Source: Planctomycetota bacterium
GTDB lineage: Bacteria; Planctomycetota; UBA11346
Length of the DNA stretch: 64,000 bases
Direction: 5' to 3'
Assembly: GCA_038231435.1 (NCBI GenBank)
Contig: JBBRLJ010000014.1
Location: forward strand, 36,146 to 100,145
The notes under the pieces were generated by a model. The model was not told the DNA's origin. It did not search any database and worked only from the letters and a program-made list of their open reading frames with translations. Every line of letters starts with the position of its first letter. Position 1 is the first letter of the stretch. Position numbers and translations under genes: made by a program. Positions 29,453-39,321 of the stretch are shown piece after piece.

Positions 29453-30573
29453 ACACCCTCGGTGCCGTGCCTGCCAAACCGACCGAGGACTCGCCTTCCC
29501 AGCCGTCCCCCTTCCTTGAGGTACGCGGACTGCGCAAGGCGTTCAGCGGACGTGAGGTGCTGCACGGCATCGATCTGGAGGTCGGCCCAGACGAACTGCT
29601 GGTGGTGCTCGGCCCCACCGGCGCCGGCAAGACCACGCTGCTGCGCCTGCTCGCGGGATTGGATGAAGCGGATGGCGGAGCCATCGTCATGGCGGGGTCA
29701 GACGTCACCTCCATGGCTCCCGCGCGGCGCGACGTGTCGCTGGTATTCCAGAACTTCTCGCTGTATCCCGGTTGGACGGTGCGGCGGAACATGGAGTTCC
29801 CGCTGCGCGCACCTGGCAGGGCCATGTCCGAAGCCGCGATCGCCGAGCGCATCGCCTGGGCGGCGCGCCTGCTGCGCATCGAGCCGCTGCTCGAGCGTCC
29901 AGCGCAGCGGCTGTCCGGCGGGCAGATGCAACGCGTCGCCATCGGACGCGCGATCGTGCGCCGGCCGAGGCTGTTCCTCATGGACGAGCCGCTGACCAAT
30001 CTCGACGCCAAGCTGCGCGAGGCGCTGCGCGTCGAGCTGGTGGTGCTGCGCCGCGAGCTGCGCACGCCAATGGTGTACGTGACCCACGATCAGGCCGAGG
30101 CGCTGTCCATGGCGGACCGCATCGTGGTCATCGACGGTGGCCGCGTGCTGCAGACCGGGACGCCCGAAGCGATCTACCGCCACCCCGCTTCGCCGACGGT
30201 GGCCAGGCAATTGGGCCAGCCCGCCATCAATCTGCTGCGCGCGACGCTGCGCGACGGGAACTGGTGCGCAGCCGATGGGACTCCACTCATGACGGCAGGC
30301 GCCGTCGGCAATGCCGCTGCCACGCCGATGGGCGATGTGTCGGGCGGAGCCGTCATCGGCGTCCGGCCCGAGGACCTGTCGTTGACAGGAGGCGCTCATC
30401 CCGGCAGCGTGCGCCTGGTCGAGGATCTCGGCCCCACGCGCTTGGCCGTGATCCAGTGGGCGGGAGGCGAGCAGCGCGCGGTGCTCGACAAGTCCTCGAC
30501 CGTCGCGGTCGGCGACCAGGTGTTGCCGAGCATAGCTCCCGACCGCGCCATGCTGTGGGCTGCGGACGCCTGA
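29449..30573 (+). CDS. Second sugar ABC ATPase (MalK-like)
   Basis: GPTGAGKT, LSGGQMQR, LMDEPLTNLDAKLR, YVTHDQ; GTGA overlap. Confidence 0.94.
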   Translation: MNTLGAVPAKPTEDSPSQPSPFLEVRGLRKAFSGREVLHGIDLEVGPDELLVVLGPTGAGKTTLLRLLAGLDEADGGAIVMAGSDVTSMAPARRDVSLVFQNFSLYPGWTVRRNMEFPLRAPGRAMSEAAIAERIAWAARLLRIEPLLERPAQRLSGGQMQRVAIGRAIVRRPRLFLMDEPLTNLDAKLREALRVELVVLRRELRTPMVYVTHDQAEALSMADRIVVIDGGRVLQTGTPEAIYRHPASPTVARQLGQPAINLLRATLRDGNWCAADGTPLMTAGAVGNAAATPMGDVSGGAVIGVRPEDLSLTGGAHPGSVRLVEDLGPTRLAVIQWAGGEQRAVLDKSSTVAVGDQVLPSIAPDRAMLWAADA

Positions 30574-30802
30574 GGGGCCGGAGCATCCTCGAAACCAGCA
30601 TACCTAGCACGTTTCAGCCCTCCCGGAGGTGTGGGGAAATCCGCCAACGCCGCTGCCGAACCCTGGCATATCATGATCATGCGGCGACTCCGCCGTCACG
30701 CTGTCGTCATCTGCGGTCGACAGGCTGCTGCGCTCTGAAGCTTCTCAACCCTCATCGCCCACAACACCGCCACACCACCGGCATCATCAACCAGGAGTCA
30801 CC

Positions 30803-31321
30803 ATGATCCGTATTCCCATCCTCTCCGCCGCCCTGCTGCTCATCGCCATGCCGATCGGCGGCGCCTGGGCCGCCAGCGAAGGCGACGCCCCCGCGGATGC
30901 GCCCACGGGCGAGGCCGCCGACACCAAGGCCGGCGACAAGTCTGCGGACAAGTCCACGGACAAGGGCGACGACAAGCCCAATCGCGCCGCCCAGCAGATC
31001 GATCAATATCTCGAGCACGTCGATTCCAAGGACGACGACAAGGAGCACGCAGCGAAGTGGGAGAAGTTCGAGAAGATGCTCAAGGACAAGCGTCCTGACG
31101 AGTTCGCGAAGCTCGACGCCGACAGCGACGGCCACATCAGCCGCGACGAAGCCAAGGCCGCTGCCGAGAAGGCCCAGGCGTCGCTGAAGGAGAAGCACGC
31201 CGACGTGTTCGACGCCATCGATACCGATAAGGATGGCAAGCTCAGCCGCGACGAGCTGCGCGCCGCGCGCGACAAGCGCAAGGGCGAGGGCAAGAAGAAG
31301 AAGGACAAGACCGGCCTCTGA
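30803..31321 (+). CDS. Secreted EF-hand protein
   Basis: AGGAG RBS, signal peptide, EF loops DADSDGHISRDE and DTDKDGKLSRDE. Confidence 0.88.
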   Translation: MIRIPILSAALLLIAMPIGGAWAASEGDAPADAPTGEAADTKAGDKSADKSTDKGDDKPNRAAQQIDQYLEHVDSKDDDKEHAAKWEKFEKMLKDKRPDEFAKLDADSDGHISRDEAKAAAEKAQASLKEKHADVFDAIDTDKDGKLSRDELRAARDKRKGEGKKKKDKTGL

Positions 31322-31342
31322 GCCGTCTGTCCCCGTATCGAC

Positions 31343-31382
31343 CGCCGTCCATGGTCAACGACCATGGACGGCGTTTTTTTTT
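31343..31382 (+). terminator. Rho-independent terminator
   Basis: CGCCGTCCATGGTC-aac-GACCATGGACGGCG, 14-bp stem followed by T9. Confidence 0.92.
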
Positions 31383-31392
31383 GCGCGCGGCT

Positions 31393-32469
31393 CTACTGCG
31401 CCAGCTCGTCCTTCAGCGCCTGCACGATCTTCTGCTGCGCGGGGCCATTGGGGTAGCGGGTGAACAGGCCTTCGCGGACCTTGTTGGCCGACTCGGCAGA
31501 GCCCACCAGGCGCTCGATGTCGAGCACCGCCCAGCCCTGGGTGTTGGCGGAACGGATGAGCAGATCGCGCCGCGTGGCCGACTGCTCCTTGAGCACCTCG
31601 TCCATCGGGATCGGCGGCGCGACCAGCACCAGGCGCGGCTGGATCGAGAGCGCCTCGCAGCGCGAACGCACCACGCCGAGCACGCGCTCCTCCTCCTCCG
31701 TCCAGGCCGCGCCGAAGAGCGCCTGGTTGCCCGGCGACCAGATGATGGTGCGCGGCTTGTCGAGTTTCGCGAGCGCCACCAGCACCGCATGGTGCGGAAA
31801 GCGTTCATCCAGCGCGGGGCGGAGCTCGGCGTCGAGCGTTGACCAGGTGTCCGCGCCCAGCGCCTCCAACGGATCGCCGACCACCACCGCCTTGCCGGTC
31901 GGCCGCGGCATCGAGGTACGCAGCGCGCCCCACTTGCGTTCCTCGTCCGCCTTGCGGCGGCGGTCTATGAGCACCACCGGGATGCCCTTGTCGTCGACCG
32001 GGAATCCATCCTTGAGCGCGGCAAGCGGCCATGGCTCACGGGCATCGGCCAAGCGGATGCCCAGCTCGAAGGCGCCCGACGGCAAGGTCAGCACTGCGGT
32101 GCGCACCCCGGGCGCGAGCGGTAGCGGCAGCAGACCGCTGACCCGATCGGTGTCGGCGGGCGTGGTGAATGGCAGCGCCTCTTCGCCCTTCCAGCCGATC
32201 GAGCCCTTCTGCCCGGGGATCTTGTTCGGCAACGCGAACGCCACGTTGCGGGTCTCGTCGTTGTAGGCCACCGCCGGCCAGTGCGTGAAGGCCGGATCGG
32301 GCCAGATGCGCTCGCCCGAGACCGAGGACGGGCTGGGCGGCATCGCCGGCACGGCGTTCGGCTGGGTCGAGGGCGCGTCGGCAGCGGGCGCATGACCGGC
32401 GGCTCCCAGAGCCAGCACCGACACCAGGATCGCAAACCGGTAGCTCATCCGCATATGCATCCGTGACAT
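31393..32469 (-). CDS. Secreted hypothetical protein, possible degenerate SGNH-like C-terminal domain
   Basis: Signal peptide and Pro-rich linker; abuts the upstream gene with no gap; VVVGDPL resembles a GDSL block lacking Ser. Confidence 0.7.
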   Translation of the reverse strand: MSRMHMRMSYRFAILVSVLALGAAGHAPAADAPSTQPNAVPAMPPSPSSVSGERIWPDPAFTHWPAVAYNDETRNVAFALPNKIPGQKGSIGWKGEEALPFTTPADTDRVSGLLPLPLAPGVRTAVLTLPSGAFELGIRLADAREPWPLAALKDGFPVDDKGIPVVLIDRRRKADEERKWGALRTSMPRPTGKAVVVGDPLEALGADTWSTLDAELRPALDERFPHHAVLVALAKLDKPRTIIWSPGNQALFGAAWTEEEERVLGVVRSRCEALSIQPRLVLVAPPIPMDEVLKEQSATRRDLLIRSANTQGWAVLDIERLVGSAESANKVREGLFTRYPNGPAQQKIVQALKDELAQ

Positions 32470-34761
32470 CTACCTGGTACCGGTGGGCGCCGCCAGCGTT
32501 GGCGCCGCCGAGGCCGCTCCGGCATGACCCACGCCGGCGGTGGCTTTCGCGGTGATCTTGAAGGCCAGGTGCCGAGAAAACGCCGGCAACGACAGGGACA
32601 GGTCGTCGCCGAGCGTGGCCTCGACGCCTCCCTGGGGTTCTCCGGCATCCGGATCCCACCAGGCGACCCTGATCGGGCCAGCGGCCATGCCTTCGAGCCG
32701 GACCGTCGCTCCTTGGACGAGCGGCGAGGATCCGCCCGCCGTCCCCCAGCGCGCGTCGACCACGTAACCGAGCGCGTGGCCCGGCCTGCTCCACGCCCCC
32801 GACCACAATGGCAGAGGGCCCCGCGCCTGGAGATCAACGGCCCTGGCGTCGGCGCCGCGCGCGTCCTCGCCGGCGAGGAAGCGGCCGATCGCGCCGTAGG
32901 GCTGCCAGCGCGCGCCCTGGTCGATCCATTCGAACCACCACAGCATCGGCGCGCCCGCGTGGCCGGTCACGAGCGCGGCCCACGGCGCGATGGTGTGCTG
33001 CGAGAGCACCGAACCGCCATGCGGATAGCAGCCGAATTCGGTCGCGAGGATCGGCTTGTGGAATCGTCCAAGGCCGTTCCCGGCATGCTCCATGCTGTCG
33101 CGCAGCAGCTGGCCGAGAAACGGCGGCAGTCCGCCGAGCGCATCGGTGTAGGCGTCGATGGTCAGGTAGTCGAGGCCCGGCAGCGCGGCCACCGCCTGGT
33201 CGACGCGGCGGTAGTCGCCGCACCAGTGGCTGCACACCGGATGCCCGTACGCATCATTGGCGTGCCACGCCGCCGCCGCGCGTCGGTGCCAGTCGACCTG
33301 GACGGCCTGGTTCTCGCCCGCGGCGGTGAGGTCCACCTCGGACCACAGCTTCCAGCCCAGGATCGCGGGATGATCCGCCCAGCGCGCCTGGACGTAGCGC
33401 CGCAGGCGCTCCTGCGCGGCAAGCGCGCGCGGATCGGTGAACAGTTGCGCGGCCTCGGCGATCGGACCGCCATTGGCGACGTTGTAGGGATTGTCCACCC
33501 ACTCGGTGTCGTGTCCGATCGACGCTTGGCCATGGTTCCACACCACCAGGTTGACGCGCATGCGGTTCGCCCACGCATCGTCGAGGACGCGGTCCAGCCG
33601 CCACGCCGAGTCCTCGTCGTAGCGACCGATGCCGTGGTAGCCTGGCCAGTCCTCGCGCCATTCGAGCGCCAGGTTGCGCGGGCTCATCCACACTTCGCAC
33701 GCGGTGGCGCCGGCGGCGTGGAAGCGCGCGAAGTAGGCGTGGTAGGCCTGGGTGATGCGCTCCGGCGTCAGCCGCGTGGCGTAGTTCTCGTGGTCGCGCA
33801 TATCCCACACCGCGTGCAGGCTCGGGCCCACCGGCCAGAACCACGCGCCATCGACGGCGAAATAGCGCGGATCAGCGGCGTCGACGCGCACGTAGCCATC
33901 GCTCGCCGGCCCCGCGACCTCGACCGGCGCTAGCTGCGTCACCACCGCGGCCCCGCCTCGCCAGCGCGCCTCGAGACGCACGCGGTGGCTGCCGGCGACG
34001 CGCGGTCGCCAACGCAGCGTGAAGCGCCCACGTCCGCGGGGCGACACGATCTCGCGATCGCCGCGATCCGCCGATTCCATGGGCTGGTCGTAGAATCCAG
34101 CGACGCGCAGCTCGGGTCCGCTCGGAGGGGTGATCACCGCTTCGAGGGTGAACTGCCCCGGGTCGTAGGGATTCGCCGGCATCGGTTCGGGGACGAGCGA
34201 CGTTTCCCAACGCTCGCCGGTGCGTATCTCCCCCATTGGCGAGATCAGATCGAGCAGCCGGGGTCCGCCTTCGATCGATGGATGCTCCGATCGCGCGTCG
34301 CCAACCCCACCCTCGACCCGAAGCTCGACGCGCAGATGGGCGTGACTGCGCGTGGCGGACCAGAACACCAGTCCAGCGCTGCGCGTGTTCGCCGCCTCGA
34401 CCGCCGACCACGAGCCAAGATGCGGCATCCCGGACAGCGTGGCGCGCGGCGAGACGTCGATGTCCAGCCGATGGATGCCGGGTCGCAGGAAACCAGGCCT
34501 GAGCACCTGGTACCAGCGTCCGTGCGCTCCGGCGACGAAGGCCCCGACACCGAGATCATCCGGCGCGTCCTGGGGCACCTCGACGGTGGCGACGATGCGG
34601 TCGGCGCCGGCGAGCCTGCCCGGCACGCGTGCCACGGTCGACAGCGGAGCCGCGAGCTCGACATCCATCGCCGATGCCTGCGCCATGGTGGCTGCGATGG
34701 TGGCTGCGATGGAGACAGCGGCCGAGAGGACGGGCGCAAACGCCCAACGCACCAGTCTCAT
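32470..34761 (-). CDS. Secreted DUF5060-like + clan GH-A (GH5-like) glycoside hydrolase
   Basis: Signal peptide; NPYDP...VAGFY...LRWRP; GYVRVD..DPRYF; WKLWSEVD; ILATEFG; MLWWFEW. Confidence 0.8.
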   Translation of the reverse strand: MRLVRWAFAPVLSAAVSIAATIAATMAQASAMDVELAAPLSTVARVPGRLAGADRIVATVEVPQDAPDDLGVGAFVAGAHGRWYQVLRPGFLRPGIHRLDIDVSPRATLSGMPHLGSWSAVEAANTRSAGLVFWSATRSHAHLRVELRVEGGVGDARSEHPSIEGGPRLLDLISPMGEIRTGERWETSLVPEPMPANPYDPGQFTLEAVITPPSGPELRVAGFYDQPMESADRGDREIVSPRGRGRFTLRWRPRVAGSHRVRLEARWRGGAAVVTQLAPVEVAGPASDGYVRVDAADPRYFAVDGAWFWPVGPSLHAVWDMRDHENYATRLTPERITQAYHAYFARFHAAGATACEVWMSPRNLALEWREDWPGYHGIGRYDEDSAWRLDRVLDDAWANRMRVNLVVWNHGQASIGHDTEWVDNPYNVANGGPIAEAAQLFTDPRALAAQERLRRYVQARWADHPAILGWKLWSEVDLTAAGENQAVQVDWHRRAAAAWHANDAYGHPVCSHWCGDYRRVDQAVAALPGLDYLTIDAYTDALGGLPPFLGQLLRDSMEHAGNGLGRFHKPILATEFGCYPHGGSVLSQHTIAPWAALVTGHAGAPMLWWFEWIDQGARWQPYGAIGRFLAGEDARGADARAVDLQARGPLPLWSGAWSRPGHALGYVVDARWGTAGGSSPLVQGATVRLEGMAAGPIRVAWWDPDAGEPQGGVEATLGDDLSLSLPAFSRHLAFKITAKATAGVGHAGAASAAPTLAAPTGTR
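34685..34720 (+). repeat. 12-bp in-frame tandem repeat in the signal-peptide region
   Basis: atggtggctgcg x2 + atggagacagcg. Confidence 0.6.
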
Positions 34762-37700
34762 CTGCCGCGCCCGCCAATGGCTCGGCCCAGCTTGAATGCG
34801 ACGTGGCTGCTGAAAGCCGGTGATTCGATCTCGACATCGCCCAGGCCGGCTGCGAGCCTACGCGTCTCGAGCACGCGGCCGGTGTCCGGATCCCACCATT
34901 CCACCTGGGCTTCGCCGCCGCCCTTGGGCCGTGGGCACGACACCGTCACATGCTGGTTGGATGCGGATCGCCGCCCACCGGTGCCCCAGCGCCGTTCGAG
35001 CACGTAGCCGAGCACGGTGCCGCCGCGTTCGCGCCAACCGCCCGACCACCACCTGGAAGCCTCTCCTGCGACCCCGACGTCGCACGGATCGCCGCCGCGC
35101 GGGTCCTCGCCGACCAGAAACCGCGACATCGCCGTGTACGGCTGCCAGCGCGCACCCTGGTCTATCCATTCGAACCACCACAGCATCGGCGCGCCGCCAT
35201 GCCCGGACACCAGCGCCGCCCACGGACCGGTGAGGTGCTCGGTGAGCATCGCGTCGTCGCTGGGCGTGCCGCTCCAATCGCCGCCAAATTCGGTGACCAG
35301 GAAGGGCTTGCGGTAGCGTGCGAGGCCCTGCTGGGGATCGAGCGCGCTGGCGCGCAGCAGATCTGCCAGCAGCTCGCAGTGCCCTTGCTGATCGTAGCCA
35401 TGATACGCGTCGATGCAGGCGAAGGCGAAGCCCGGCATGGCCACGATCGCCGGATCGGCGTGGTGGTAGTCGCCGCACCAGTGGCTGGTCACCGGATGGG
35501 CGTAGACATCGAGCGCATGCCAGCGTTCGATGGCGCGCGCGTGCCACGCGGGCAACTGCCCGCTCTGCTGCCCAGCGGTGAGATCCATCTCCGACCACAG
35601 CTTCCAGCCCATCAGCGCCGGATGGTCGGCGTAGCGCGCTACCAGGTAGCGTCGCATGCGTTCCTGGCCATCGAGCGCCCAGGGATCGATGAACACCTGC
35701 GCCGCCGATTGCAGGCGGCCGCCGTTGGCGCGGTTGTACGGGCTGTTCGGCCATTCCGCGTCGCAACCGTCTGAGCCCTGGCCGTGGTTGTTGATCACCA
35801 GATTCACGCGCATGTGATGCGCCCAGGCGTCGTCGAGCACGCGCTCCAGCCGCCAGGCGTTGTCCTCGTTGTAGCGGCCCTGGCCATGGAAGGTCGGCCA
35901 GTCCGCGCGCCATTCGAGGCCGAGATTCCAGGGCGCGAGCCAAACCTCGACGGCGTTGGCGCCATTGAGCGCGAAGCGTTCGAGATAGGCGTGGTAGGCG
36001 AGCGTTCCGCGGTCGGGGGTGACGCGGGTGCGCATGCGCTCCTGCGAACGCAGATCCCACACCGAGCGCAGATTGGGGCCGAGCGGCCAGAAGCAGGCGC
36101 CTGAGGCGCTACCATCGCCGACCCGGAAGAAACGCGGGTCGATGGCGTCGACGCGCACCATCCCGTCCCACGGCTTTCCCGATACCACCAGCGGATCGAG
36201 TTCGCACGAGACCCTGCCACCGCCCCGCCAGGCCGCCTCGAGGCGCAGGCGGTGGCTGCCCGGCTGGCTCGGGCGGTAGCGCACGGCGAATCGCCCGGCG
36301 CCCGATGGCGCCAGCTCCTCGCGGTCGCCGCGATCGCGCGAGCGCATCGGCTGAAAGTAGTATCCGGGGATGCGCAGCTCGGTGCCGTCGGGCGTCGCCA
36401 CTACCAGATCGAGCGAGAACTGCTTCGCATCGTAGGGATTCTCGGGCATCGTGGCGGGAGACACCGACAGCGACCAGCGTTCGCCGGCGGCCACGCCCAG
36501 CGCGCCTTCATCCACGCGCAGATCGTACAGCTCCGGCCGCTGCGCGTGCCCCTCCGGTGGAATCGCCGCCACCGGGCCGGACACCAGCACGCGCGCGCGA
36601 TGCGGATCCGCCGTCCACAGCATCAGGCCCGCCTTGGCGGTCTTGGCCGCCTCGGCCGCGGACCAGCGACCCTGGTGGGCGACTCCTGCCAGCTGGCCGG
36701 TGGCGCCGAGATCGATGCGCAGTCGATGGATCCCGGGCTCGAGCACGCCGGGCAGCAGGTGCTGGTACCAACGGCCATGGCGATCGCAGGCGTAGACGCC
36801 CACACCCAGATCGGCAGGGGCGTCGTCGGGCACCAAGATCGTGGCGCTGACGATCAATGGCCCCTGGATTCCGCGCAAGGGCAGCAGCGTTGGCAGCGGA
36901 CCGCCGACGGTGATCGCCTCGGCGCGGTCGGCATCGGCACCGGCGACCACGTCGACACTCGGCAGGACGCAATCGAGGACCGCGCCATCCGACCAGGCCA
37001 TGCGCGCGCGCAGCTCCCACGCACCCGCCTCGAAGGGATGGAAGCTCACCGAGCGGCGCTCCCGATCTCTTGGAATGCCGCGGCGCAGCGTCGTTGGCGT
37101 CGTCTGCGCTGCTCCGCGCTCCAATGCGGTGGCATCGAGCGCACCCGCCGATGCACTCGGAACCGGACGCGCCGAGAACGTCACGCACGCGCCAACCGCT
37201 GGCGCAGCCGGCTTGCCTGCATCCACATCCAGGCGCGCATCGAGGAGCGCCCGCCGTGACGGCTTCCGCAGCGGCGACATCAGCACGCGCGGCGGCGAGA
37301 GCTTGAGCACCGCGCCACCGTCTGACGCCGACCAGAACACCAAGCGCGCGGATGCCGCTGCGCACGGCTCGACCGCGATGCGCACGCGGTCGACCCCCTG
37401 CGCGAGCGCAAGCGCGCGTGGTGCATGCAACGCCGAACCGTCGGCGGCCAGCATCACCAGCCCCACCGAGAGATCGGCCGGGGCGTCGTCCGGCACCGCG
37501 ACGCGCAGCTCGACCCCCGCGAACCCGAGCGCACCGCCCGCCGTGCTGTCGGCTGCATCCCGGCTGGGCAACACCAGGGCGATGGTCGTATCGAGCGGCG
37601 CTGCCAGCTCGAGCGCGCGCGCATCGGGAAACGGATCACGGCGAGGACCGGACACCTCGAGCGGAGGGAGCGGGTGGCGTACCACCACTCCGTCATCCGT

Positions 37701-38474
37701 CCAGCGCGCCAGCAACTCGGCCTTCCAGCTCCCGCCACGCAGCGGATGGAAGCGGGCTCTCCAGCGGCCGTCCGCCTGGCGGAGCGCCGGGATCTCGATC
37801 GCGACGGACTGCTCGTCGATGATGTACAGCGCCATGGCGAATCCGCTCGTCACCGATGCGGGTTTCGCCGACACCCCCCAGACGCCGTCGGCTTCCACGC
37901 GCGCGCACGAGCGGTCGCCCTCCACGCCCTCGACGCGCAGATCCAGCAGCCGCTGTCGATCGGCAAGGTGGCCTGCCTGGCGAACTGCCTGGCTATCTAC
38001 CTGGCTATCTACCTGAGATGCCAGGCTGACGTCGTCGACCACGATCCGCGCGTGGCTCGCGCTGCTCGACCAGAAGAAGATGCCTGCGCGCGCACCGGGA
38101 AAGAAGCCCGCATCCTTGCCGTGACGCTCGCCCAGGAATCCGCCCCATGCCGCCGCGCCATCCGCATCGACACGCACGCTGATGCGCTGCTTCCCCGGGA
38201 CGAGCGGCCCGGCGCACAGGTGCTGGTGCCACCGGCCAGAACGATCGACGATGAAGGCTCCCACGCCCAGGTCGCCAGGCGCGTCGTCGGGTACGGTCAG
38301 CTCGGCCGCGACGCTCACGGGCCCGTAGCCGCAGTCCGTGGAAACGGGAATGTCGATCATGGTCGACAGCGGCGCCAGCAGCTCGACCGTCGCCGCCCGC
38401 ACCGGCAGCGCCATCCCCAGCGGAAGCAGCAGCGCGGACAGGATGACGGAGCGCAACCGCATGAGGCCTTTCAT
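34758..38474 (-). CDS. Large secreted GH5-like paralog with a triplicated N-terminal module
   Basis: Signal peptide; three VPDDAPxDLxVG modules; NPYD; WKLWSEMD; FLVTEFG; ATGA overlap with the next gene. Start re-placed at 38474. Confidence 0.8.
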   Translation of the reverse strand: MKGLMRLRSVILSALLLPLGMALPVRAATVELLAPLSTMIDIPVSTDCGYGPVSVAAELTVPDDAPGDLGVGAFIVDRSGRWHQHLCAGPLVPGKQRISVRVDADGAAAWGGFLGERHGKDAGFFPGARAGIFFWSSSASHARIVVDDVSLASQVDSQVDSQAVRQAGHLADRQRLLDLRVEGVEGDRSCARVEADGVWGVSAKPASVTSGFAMALYIIDEQSVAIEIPALRQADGRWRARFHPLRGGSWKAELLARWTDDGVVVRHPLPPLEVSGPRRDPFPDARALELAAPLDTTIALVLPSRDAADSTAGGALGFAGVELRVAVPDDAPADLSVGLVMLAADGSALHAPRALALAQGVDRVRIAVEPCAAASARLVFWSASDGGAVLKLSPPRVLMSPLRKPSRRALLDARLDVDAGKPAAPAVGACVTFSARPVPSASAGALDATALERGAAQTTPTTLRRGIPRDRERRSVSFHPFEAGAWELRARMAWSDGAVLDCVLPSVDVVAGADADRAEAITVGGPLPTLLPLRGIQGPLIVSATILVPDDAPADLGVGVYACDRHGRWYQHLLPGVLEPGIHRLRIDLGATGQLAGVAHQGRWSAAEAAKTAKAGLMLWTADPHRARVLVSGPVAAIPPEGHAQRPELYDLRVDEGALGVAAGERWSLSVSPATMPENPYDAKQFSLDLVVATPDGTELRIPGYYFQPMRSRDRGDREELAPSGAGRFAVRYRPSQPGSHRLRLEAAWRGGGRVSCELDPLVVSGKPWDGMVRVDAIDPRFFRVGDGSASGACFWPLGPNLRSVWDLRSQERMRTRVTPDRGTLAYHAYLERFALNGANAVEVWLAPWNLGLEWRADWPTFHGQGRYNEDNAWRLERVLDDAWAHHMRVNLVINNHGQGSDGCDAEWPNSPYNRANGGRLQSAAQVFIDPWALDGQERMRRYLVARYADHPALMGWKLWSEMDLTAGQQSGQLPAWHARAIERWHALDVYAHPVTSHWCGDYHHADPAIVAMPGFAFACIDAYHGYDQQGHCELLADLLRASALDPQQGLARYRKPFLVTEFGGDWSGTPSDDAMLTEHLTGPWAALVSGHGGAPMLWWFEWIDQGARWQPYTAMSRFLVGEDPRGGDPCDVGVAGEASRWWSGGWRERGGTVLGYVLERRWGTGGRRSASNQHVTVSCPRPKGGGEAQVEWWDPDTGRVLETRRLAAGLGDVEIESPAFSSHVAFKLGRAIGGRGR
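37989..38012 (+). repeat. 12-bp in-frame tandem repeat (SQVD SQVD linker)
   Basis: ctggctatctac x2. Confidence 0.6.
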
Positions 38475-38703
38475 AGCTGGCGCATGGTCACCGACCACGC
38501 CCATGGCGACCTTGGCACCCGAGGGTCTCACTGGCCGCAGATCGTACCGGCGCCCTCTTAGCGCGTTGGCACGTCCGTGTGTTGGGTCCCCTCGGGGAGG
38601 CAGATCTGTGGAGGAGGTGCGTGCTGTTCTGATGAACGCATGGACACGAGCGCCGCTGCTGATCTCTGCTGGCCGTCCGCTATCAGCTTCCCCTACCCTC
38701 CCC

Positions 38704-39321
38704 TCACGGAAATGGCCGCTCCTCCCTGCACCCTTCCAATTTCGCCGCGTATTCCGGATCGGTGATCTCGAGCGCGCCAAAGCGCGCCATGTGCGGAGTC
38801 TGCTGCTGGCAATCCAGCATGCGGAAACCGTTCACACGCAGGCGCTCCACCAGGTGCACGACGCAGATCTTCGCCGCATCGTCGGCGCGGTGGAACATGC
38901 TCTCGCCGCAAAAGCACGCGCCTAGGCACAGGCCATAGATGCCGCCCACCAGCGCGCCGTCGGCATTCCAGGCCTCGACCGAATGGGTGACGCCACGACG
39001 GTGGAGTTCAACGTAGAGCTTCTCGATGTCGCCGCAGATCCAGGTGCTGGTGCGTTCGGCGCAGGCTGCGATGACCTGCGGAAAGGCCTCGTCGATGGTG
39101 ATGCGGTATGGCTGCTTCCGCATCACCTTGACCAGGCTCTCGGGCACCTTCCAGGTGTCCCAGGTGATGATCGCGCGGGTATGCGGCCGGTACCAGCGCA
39201 ACCGGCCGCGACGATGGTCGGACATCGGGAAGCAGCGCTGCCAGTAGGCCTCGAGCACCAGCTCCGGGGTGACCGGATAGCCGTCCGCGTCCACGACGCG
39301 GGGGTCGCCCGCCGGGTTCAC
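38704..39321 (-). CDS. aat: Leucyl/phenylalanyl-tRNA--protein transferase
   Basis: LEAYWQRCFPM, AFPQVIAACA, TWI, HSVEAW, LVGGIYG, FCGESMFH, DCQQQTPH..RFGA; GTGA overlap with the HAD gene. Confidence 0.93.
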   Translation of the reverse strand: MNPAGDPRVVDADGYPVTPELVLEAYWQRCFPMSDHRRGRLRWYRPHTRAIITWDTWKVPESLVKVMRKQPYRITIDEAFPQVIAACAERTSTWICGDIEKLYVELHRRGVTHSVEAWNADGALVGGIYGLCLGACFCGESMFHRADDAAKICVVHLVERLRVNGFRMLDCQQQTPHMARFGALEITDPEYAAKLEGCREERPFP

